32,646 nucleotides of DNA from a virus (IMGVR_UViG_3300025653_000141:1-32646); one strand, 5' to 3'; shown: positions 1 to 4,696, counted from the stretch's first letter. Numbers and translations are program-made. The notes: generated from the sequence alone by a model not told the origin.

Positions 1-90
1 AATATGAAAGAGTATAAAATATGAAAGAGAATGAAAGAGAAGGTATAGAAAATCTAGATAAGATTTTATAGATCTTTATACTTTTTAGAT
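1..90. repeat. AT-rich short-repeat region (truncated at window edge)
   Basis: AATATGAAAGAG at 1-12 and 18-29, AATGAAAGAG at 30-39. Hairpin AAAATCT/AGATTTT (49-55/61-67). Core TCTTTATACT (73-82) is shared with the array at 1428-1648. Confidence 0.6.
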
Positions 91-105
91 ATTTTTTGGT
101 GTTAG

Positions 106-135
106 ATTGTATCATGAAGGGTTTATCTCTGTCAA
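106..135 (-). promoter_or_regulatory. sigma70-type promoter, antisense orientation
   Basis: Reverse complement reads TTGACA-18 nt-TACAAT with TG at the extended -10 position (TGA-TACAAT). Confidence 0.65.
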
Positions 136-268
136 GTTTTATCAGTATATTTGATGCATTATGATTTCTTATCTTGGGGATAAGTCTGCCTAATCTATTT
201 CTTAAGATTCTCTTCATGGCAGATCCGCGCAGATCCGCCATGCTGGGTGGGCAACGGATCAACCGCCA

Positions 269-490
269 ATGTCTACCTATCGCTTTGTTTGGGATGAGCA
301 TGGTTCTGTCTCGGTGATTTGGGAACGTCTGGACACTGTAACAAATTGTGGTCTCGGGTCTGGACTGTGGCGATGGGAACCTCTTTCAGATTTCCTTAAT
401 ACTGTACCACGCAGGGTGGGTCTCATGCCCGATTCTCAAGATACTGCCAGTGCGACTGTGCCAGATCCTCAACTGTTTGAGTGGCATTGA
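269..490 (+). CDS. possible small early hypothetical protein or decayed gene
   Basis: CA-rich leader (aaccgccaATG) like neighbouring genes, but the 3' half runs through the promoter elements of the next gene. Confidence 0.3.
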   Translation: MSTYRFVWDEHGSVSVIWERLDTVTNCGLGSGLWRWEPLSDFLNTVPRRVGLMPDSQDTASATVPDPQLFEWH

Positions 491-516
491 CCCTTTGAGG
501 GTTCTCCCTATACAAT
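458..516 (+). promoter_or_regulatory. early sigma70-type promoter with upstream GTGCCAG-N6-AACTGT motif
   Basis: TTGACC (487-492)-18 nt-TACAAT (511-516), 23 nt before ATG 540. Upstream GTGCCAG (458-464) and AACTGT (471-476) resemble the bipartite motif I recall from cyanomyovirus early promoters. Confidence 0.65.
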
Positions 517-539
517 AAGAGAGTTCATCACCACACCTC

Positions 540-731
540 ATGACCTTCCCCACCTTCCCTGAGATTCTCTGGAACTGCACCGATCCTGCCAATGGCACGA
601 TCCGTTGGAGCACTGCTTGCCAAGCAGCAAAGGACCACGGTCTATGGGATGACTTCCGCACAGACTATGGAACCACTGCCCACTTCGGACCCGTAGACAC
701 GGGTGAGTTCCTGGTCTGGTTAGGTTACTGA
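540..731 (+). CDS. small early hypothetical phage protein (63 aa)
   Basis: Promoter upstream, CA-rich leader, hairpin downstream, protein-like composition ending EFLVWLGY. Confidence 0.8.
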   Translation: MTFPTFPEILWNCTDPANGTIRWSTACQAAKDHGLWDDFRTDYGTTAHFGPVDTGEFLVWLGY

Positions 732-742
732 ATGTAACGATC

Positions 743-770
743 GGGCATCTGACTCACGGGTGCCCTTTTC
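743..770 (+). terminator. intrinsic terminator-like hairpin
   Basis: GGGCATCT-gactcac-GGGTGCCC (two G-U pairs) followed by TTTTC. Confidence 0.55.
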
Positions 771-806
771 TCTCCTGTAAAATTCAGAAGTCAACTACCA
801 CTGACA

Positions 807-1013
807 ATGATCAACGCAACCTCCCACCTCTCTTGGGCAGTCTGGGACGCCAAACGTGCCAATGGCGATCGTGACGTTTGGGAATTAATCGACGCCACCG
901 AGCGCGGCGAGCATGGCGGATTCGCTCAAAGGATCGTTGCTGCTTGGCACCGTGCCGATGGCAGAAATCAAAAGCGTCTTTATGATGCCTTCCCTGAGAT
1001 CTTTGACCGTTAA
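807..1013 (+). CDS. small hypothetical phage protein (68 aa)
   Basis: -10-like TAAAAT at 778-783 and a CA-rich leader. Motif GGFAQRIVAAWHRADGRNQKRLYDAFPEIF resembles a recurrent small phage protein family (GGFA..AD..N..RL..AFP). Confidence 0.8.
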   Translation: MINATSHLSWAVWDAKRANGDRDVWELIDATERGEHGGFAQRIVAAWHRADGRNQKRLYDAFPEIFDR

Positions 1014-1054
1014 TCTTCAAATCTCGACTAGTACACACAAGCACATTCAAAACA

Positions 1055-1216
1055 ATGAACAATCAACAACAAATCAATTCAATTGGTTTCACAATTACAT
1101 ATCAAATACCATACAATAATTGCGAATGGAGAACACAATCATTCGCCACAAAAGAAGAGGCAGAAAGAATGATTTCATTCTATCAGTCTTGTGGTTCTCC
1201 TGCGAGGTTTGTATAA
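1055..1216 (+). CDS. small cyanophage hypothetical protein (53 aa), not in ORF track
   Basis: Translated by hand: MNNQQQINSIGFTITYQIPYNNCEWRTQSFATKEEAERMISFYQSCGSPARFV*. CA-rich leader. Stop overlaps the next start (TAATG). Confidence 0.8.
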   Translation: MNNQQQINSIGFTITYQIPYNNCEWRTQSFATKEEAERMISFYQSCGSPARFV

Positions 1217-1323
1217 TGGGACGCTGGATCCACAAGGGTGGCAAATCACGCCCTGATAAAAGGTTTAAGAACATTTTAACACCTAAGAAAGGTGCAGCAA
1301 AGAATAAAAGAAAGAAGAAATAA
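1216..1323 (+). CDS. small highly basic peptide (35 aa)
   Basis: MGRWIHKGGKSRPDKRFKNILTPKKGAAKNKRKKK*, coupled by TAATG overlap. It is the 3' part of track ORF 1120..1323. Confidence 0.6.
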   Translation: MGRWIHKGGKSRPDKRFKNILTPKKGAAKNKRKKK

Positions 1324-1329
1324 TTCTTT

Positions 1330-1423
1330 ATTCTTTATACTTACCACTGAGTATAAAGAATTACTCAGGGTTGAATGTAAACTATCGGTCAGTGGTGTGG
1401 TTTATTCTTTACATTCATCCCTG
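1330..1423 (+). ncRNA. candidate structured RNA/ssDNA element: two hairpins with complementary (kissing) loops
   Basis: Perfect 12-bp stem 1330-1341/1350-1361 and 15/16-bp stem 1366-1381/1408-1423. Loop ACCACTG (1343-1349) is complementary to CAGTGGT (1390-1396). Confidence 0.45.
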
Positions 1424-1427
1424 TCTA

Positions 1428-1648
1428 ATTCTTTATACTTTGCAATTCTGATTGATTCTTTATACTTTGCAATTCTGATTGATTCTTTATACTTAACGAT
1501 TTCTATTTGATCTTTATACTTTGCAATTCTGATTGATTCTTTATTCTTTATACTTTGCAATTCTGATTGATTCTTTATTCTTTATACTTAACGATCTCTA
1601 TTTTATCTTTATACTTTGCAATTCTGATTGATTCTTTATTCTTTATAC
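1428..1648. repeat. hierarchical AT-rich tandem repeat array (~27-bp units)
   Basis: Unit A ATTCTTTATACTTTGCAATTCTGATTG and unit B ATTCTTTATACTTAACGAT(T/C)TCTATTT in order A,A,B,A,A,B,A,partial. Later units carry an extra ATTCTTT. Confidence 0.95.
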
Positions 1649-1711
1649 AAACTCTGCGAGGATTCCCTCTCCTCCCGCCCTCCAGCGTAGGTAGGGTCGG
1701 TCTGTGGTTCT

Positions 1712-1725
1712 GTATCCGTTGCTAC
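1712..1725. promoter_or_regulatory. NtcA-type box GTA-N8-TAC
   Basis: GTATCCGTTGCTAC, preceded by T and followed by CGTTTG. Confidence 0.55.
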
Positions 1726-1777
1726 CGTTTGACGGATTGATTGATTAGCGTTGCTGATGGGATGAGTTTGGTTTTTT

Positions 1778-1791
1778 GTAGCGGTTGATAC
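1778..1791. promoter_or_regulatory. NtcA-type box GTA-N8-TAC
   Basis: GTAGCGGTTGATAC, preceded by T and followed by CGTTTG. Lies 10 nt upstream of the -35 at 1802. Confidence 0.6.
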
Positions 1792-1801
1792 CGTTTGGAC
1801 C

Positions 1802-1830
1802 TTGCGGGATCTGGACCTGCCGTGTAGATT
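1802..1830 (+). promoter_or_regulatory. sigma70-type early promoter
   Basis: TTGCGG (1802-1807)-17 nt-TAGATT (1825-1830), 28 nt before ATG 1859. Confidence 0.55.
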
Positions 1831-1858
1831 AACCCTGTCGTTAATCACACCACTCGAC

Positions 1859-2254
1859 ATGTCCAACAACACCACCGCCGCCGCCCACTACGCCGCGTCT
1901 CTCACCCAGACTGTTGATGCGATCGACGCAATCGCTGACCTTGTTTTCGACACAGAGTCTTTCGACGTTCGCATCGACCGCCGCGTCGCTGAGGCAAAAA
2001 TCGCCAAGCGTGCGGCGGATGACGCCGCGCAGTATCTGGCGACGATTCGCGCTGAGATTCTCTCCCTGATGGTGGAGAGCAACCTTGCGACCTTTGAGAG
2101 CGAAGCGGGCAAGGTGACCGTCTGCAAGGGCAAGCGGACCGTCTCTGTGACCGATAAAGCGCTCGCCGCTGAGATCTCCCTGATTAAAGAGCGCGGCGTC
2201 CGCACAGGACGTTGCACTGAAAAGCAGGGCGCGGATTACGTCATTATCAAGTGA
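1859..2254 (+). CDS. GC-rich early protein (131 aa), possibly Siphovirus Gp157/Gam-like coiled-coil family
   Basis: ATG at 1859 after the promoter is preferred over TTG 1802. Helical N-terminus, then IRAEILSLMVESNLATFESEAGKVTVCKGKRTVSVTD and C-terminal YVIIK, a layout reminiscent of Gp157-like proteins. The family call is tentative. Confidence 0.75.
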   Translation: MSNNTTAAAHYAASLTQTVDAIDAIADLVFDTESFDVRIDRRVAEAKIAKRAADDAAQYLATIRAEILSLMVESNLATFESEAGKVTVCKGKRTVSVTDKALAAEISLIKERGVRTGRCTEKQGADYVIIK

Positions 2255-2262
2255 CACTTAAC

Positions 2263-2288
2263 GGGGGCAATCCTGCCCCCTTTCTTTC
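2263..2288 (+). terminator. GC hairpin plus pyrimidine tract
   Basis: GGGGGCA-atcc-TGCCCCC then TTTCTTTC. Confidence 0.65.
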
Positions 2289-2313
2289 ACCTTTCACCCT
2301 ACACTTTCACGCC

Positions 2314-2517
2314 ATGCGCATCACCACACCTCTGCAATTTTCTAAATTCTTCTACTTTAATTTCAACCCTAAGTGTGCAGAATGGGATGAGATTTTCGGT
2401 CTTAGCGTAGGCAAACTCTACGCTGGTTTGTACAACAAATGCCTCAGCGTTGGTATCTTAAACTCTAACGGTGCGCTAGAGCATAAAAATCAGATCAAAG
2501 TTCGCATCCTTCCCTGA
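2314..2517 (+). CDS. small hypothetical protein (67 aa)
   Basis: ATG at 2314 (MRITTPLQF...) lies after the hairpin. The track's GTG start at 2251 would translate through the hairpin. Confidence 0.7.
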   Translation: MRITTPLQFSKFFYFNFNPKCAEWDEIFGLSVGKLYAGLYNKCLSVGILNSNGALEHKNQIKVRILP

Positions 2518-2524
2518 CACTTTC

Positions 2525-2550
2525 GGGGGCAACTTTCGCCCCCATTCTTT
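2525..2550 (+). terminator. GC hairpin plus pyrimidine tract
   Basis: GGGGGC-aactttc-GCCCCC then ATTCTTT. Confidence 0.55.
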
Positions 2551-2575
2551 CCACTTTACCATTGCAACTTTCGCC

Positions 2576-2881
2576 ATGACCACTACACTTTCCAAGCAAA
2601 TTCGCATCCGTTGGGAATACTCTGGACTGGAAGATACAGTCAACGTGTTGATGGAAATTAACCGCAACGGTTCACCTAACGCGGAAAGTAAGGCAGCATA
2701 CATTAGAACAATTGCCTACAATTATGCTGCGAAATGTGAACTTAACGGTGAGATGCCTACGATAACAGGAACTGGCGGATGGTACGTTACATTTTTCCCT
2801 GCAGAGTCTGAGGAGTTCGATTATGGCGTGGAGGTTACTTTAATGCCCTACGTTGTAGCGAAACACCTAGGATTACGCTAG
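2576..2881 (+). CDS. hypothetical protein (101 aa)
   Basis: Clean ORF between two hairpin elements, with the same cgccATG start context as 2314. Confidence 0.8.
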   Translation: MTTTLSKQIRIRWEYSGLEDTVNVLMEINRNGSPNAESKAAYIRTIAYNYAAKCELNGEMPTITGTGGWYVTFFPAESEEFDYGVEVTLMPYVVAKHLGLR

Positions 2882-2893
2882 GTTAATTACACT

Positions 2894-2920
2894 TAGGGGC
2901 AGCAATCGCTGCCCTTATTT
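2894..2920 (+). terminator. intrinsic terminator-like hairpin
   Basis: TAGGGGCAGC-aatc-GCTGCCCTTA then TTT. Confidence 0.65.
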
Positions 2921-2994
2921 CATACTATTTCAATTTCGTAACATTAGCAGTGCTGATCAGTTGCGGGTTCGTGATTGGCAGTCCTTATGGGTCG

Positions 2995-3050
2995 CCCCCC
3001 CGCCCCACCGAGGGTCATGGCCCCCCCCCTAACTAAAATCAATGGGTCCC
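2995..3050. other. C-tract cluster (G-tracts on minus strand) at the boundary of the GC-rich island
   Basis: C7 (2995-3001), C4 (3003-3006), C9 (3021-3029), then AAAATCAATGGGTCCC. Confidence 0.6.
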
Positions 3051-3153
3051 TGTAGTCTACAAAGTGTTACGGACGCCCATAAGATACAAGACTCAAAGGA
3101 TTCTCCCACAAGAATCGAAATTGATATATAATTCAAAGAAAGAATCAAACAAT

Positions 3154-3330
3154 ATGCAAAAAAATCCGGACAAAAATTTTGTGACCGTAGAGGTTGATCC
3201 AGCAACAGACGAATATTATGTTACAATACCTGAGTGGATCATCAATGATCTTGGATGGTATGAAGGTACTGAGGTTAAATGGGTCATTGATGGCGACGAA
3301 TTGTTATTAAAAGAGGTTCAAGATGAATGA
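3154..3330 (+). CDS. AbrB/MazE/SpoVT-family DNA-binding protein (58 aa)
   Basis: YYVTIPEWIINDLGWYEGTEVKWVIDGDELLLK matches the swapped-hairpin signature (vtIP..i...LG...G..v......i.l). ATG at 3154 is preferred. Confidence 0.8.
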   Translation: MQKNPDKNFVTVEVDPATDEYYVTIPEWIINDLGWYEGTEVKWVIDGDELLLKEVQDE

Positions 3331-3526
3331 AGTAATGGGCACTATGTATCACATTTATTTAAAAGATAAATGTTTACATTATGGATTAACAGAAGAAGAA
3401 TTTTCAAAGGCTTGGGAGACTGCCAAGGGAATGATAGTTCTCATGAAAACCGAGTACACGATTGATGACCTGAGTTATGAGGAACTCAACTACTCAAGGA
3501 ATGCAATGCTCGACTCATCACACTGA
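3323..3526 (+). CDS. cyanophage hypothetical protein (67 aa)
   Basis: Overlaps the AbrB-like stop, has AGAGG upstream, and has phage-like codon usage. Confidence 0.8.
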   Translation: MNEVMGTMYHIYLKDKCLHYGLTEEEFSKAWETAKGMIVLMKTEYTIDDLSYEELNYSRNAMLDSSH

Positions 3527-3555
3527 TTGACTAACCACTATATAAGTGGTATGAT
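3527..3555 (+). promoter_or_regulatory. sigma70 promoter with palindromic spacer
   Basis: TTGACT-17 nt-TATGAT with extended TG. Inverted repeat ACCACT-atata-AGTGGT (3534-3550). Confidence 0.75.
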
Positions 3556-3578
3556 ACTGAAGTAAAAATCATTCGATT

Positions 3579-4337
3579 ATGGCAAAAGGATTCACTGTAA
3601 AAGCGAAAGCACCTCTTCCACAGAAGACTGAGGAAGAGTGGGATTATAATCTTGCAAAAGAAATGGTAAGGGGAAAGACAATTGTATTTTGTCTACCTGG
3701 TAGAGGAGTTTCATATACTTACTTAAAGAATTTTGTTCAACTTTGTTTTGATCTTGTACAGTCTGGAGCAAGTATTCAGATTAGTCAAGATTACAGTTCA
3801 ATGGTAAACTTTGCACGTTGCAAGTGCCTCGGTGCAAATGTTCTACGTGGTCCAGATCAAAAACCATGGAACGGACGTTTAAATTACGACTATCAACTAT
3901 GGATTGATAGTGATATTGTTTTCAATTCAGAAAAGTTTTGGCAACTTATTCTTTTGGATAAGGATATTGCAGGTGGTTGGTATGCCACAGAAGATGGATC
4001 AACAACATCCGTTGCACACTGGTTAGAAGAAGACGACTTCCGTAATAATGGTGGTGTAATGAATCACGAAACGGTTGACAGTATTTCAAAGCGTCGTAAA
4101 CCATTTACAGTTGATTACACTGGATTCGGATGGCTTCTGATTAAGAACGGAGTCTTTGAGCACTCTGAGATGAAGTATCCATGGTTTGCACCAAAAATGC
4201 AAGTCTTTGAGTCTGGTGAAGTTCAAGACATGTGTGGTGAGGACGTTTCATTCTGTCTCGATGCCAAGGAAGCAGGTTTTGAGATCTGGTGTGATCCTCG
4301 TATCAGAGTTGGTCACGAAAAAACTCGTATCATCTGA
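3579..4337 (+). CDS. GT-A fold (family 2-like) glycosyltransferase
   Basis: DxD motif in YDYQLWIDSDIVF, plus GFGWLLIK, GEDVSFC and IWCDPRIRVGHEK typical of phage GT-A proteins. Confidence 0.8.
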   Translation: MAKGFTVKAKAPLPQKTEEEWDYNLAKEMVRGKTIVFCLPGRGVSYTYLKNFVQLCFDLVQSGASIQISQDYSSMVNFARCKCLGANVLRGPDQKPWNGRLNYDYQLWIDSDIVFNSEKFWQLILLDKDIAGGWYATEDGSTTSVAHWLEEDDFRNNGGVMNHETVDSISKRRKPFTVDYTGFGWLLIKNGVFEHSEMKYPWFAPKMQVFESGEVQDMCGEDVSFCLDAKEAGFEIWCDPRIRVGHEKTRII

Positions 4338-4342
4338 GTCTT

Positions 4343-4510
4343 ATGAGCAAAGAGGAATTTTACACCGTTTATGTCGATGGTGTTGAAACCCACAAAAATC
4401 TTACAGAAGATGAATATTTTGATCTGATGCAAGATTTTGCGATAGAATACTATGAATCCCAGGGTTCTAAACCTGGGAAAGTCACTTTTAAAATCACTCA
4501 AGGAGATTAA
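4343..4510 (+). CDS. small acidic hypothetical protein (55 aa), not in ORF track
   Basis: MSKEEFYTVYVDGVETHKNLTEDEYFDLMQDFAIEYYESQGSKPGKVTFKITQGD*. Fills the gap with 5-nt spacing either side. Confidence 0.8.
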   Translation: MSKEEFYTVYVDGVETHKNLTEDEYFDLMQDFAIEYYESQGSKPGKVTFKITQGD

Positions 4511-4515
4511 TTCTT

Positions 4516-4653
4516 ATGGCAATGCGTAAAGGTGGTGGGTATGTCAAGGGCGCACCCAAAAAATCTCGTCAAGGCTGTGGCATGAACACCAAATATGCCG
4601 CATCTTCTCGCAATAAAGCACGAAAGAAGTACCGTGGTCAAGGTAAAGGTTAA
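4516..4653 (+). CDS. small basic protein ending YRGQGK (45 aa), not in ORF track
   Basis: MAMRKGGGYVKGAPKKSRQGCGMNTKYAASSRNKARKKYRGQGKG*. AGGAG at 4501-4505, terminator follows. Confidence 0.85.
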   Translation: MAMRKGGGYVKGAPKKSRQGCGMNTKYAASSRNKARKKYRGQGKG

Positions 4654-4665
4654 TTAATACTGCAC

Positions 4666-4689
4666 GGGCGGGTTTATACCCGCCTTTTT
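4666..4689 (+). terminator. intrinsic terminator
   Basis: GGCGGGT-ttat-ACCCGCC followed by TTTTT. Confidence 0.85.
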
Positions 4690-4696
4690 ACTAAAA

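Noticed and set aside
724-738. Palindrome GTTAC-tgaat-GTAAC as an NtcA box
   Set aside because: Spacing and half-site order do not fit GTA-N8-TAC, and it overlaps a stop codon. It could still be some other site.
386-1062. Minus-strand ORFs 386..661 and 811..1062
   Set aside because: They overlap better-supported + strand genes and have no recognisable motifs.
913-1323. Track ORFs 913..1119 and full-length 1120..1323
   Set aside because: Better explained by 807..1013, 1055..1216 and 1216..1323, which have proper leaders and TAATG coupling.
1292-1510. 72-aa ORF with repeated SLYFAILID
   Set aside because: Product of reading through the 27-bp repeat. It has a GTG start inside another ORF and overlaps the structured element.
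1428-1648. Mini-CRISPR array
   Set aside because: Units are directly adjacent and recur (A and B repeat), with no unique spacers and no cas genes in the window.
1684-1712. Minus-strand promoter into the repeat array (TACGCT -10)
   Set aside because: No plausible -35 or extended -10 at the right spacing.
1841-2257. Antisense ORFs of 138 aa and 109 aa
   Set aside because: Shadows of the GC-rich sense gene, which has the promoter, leader and downstream hairpin.
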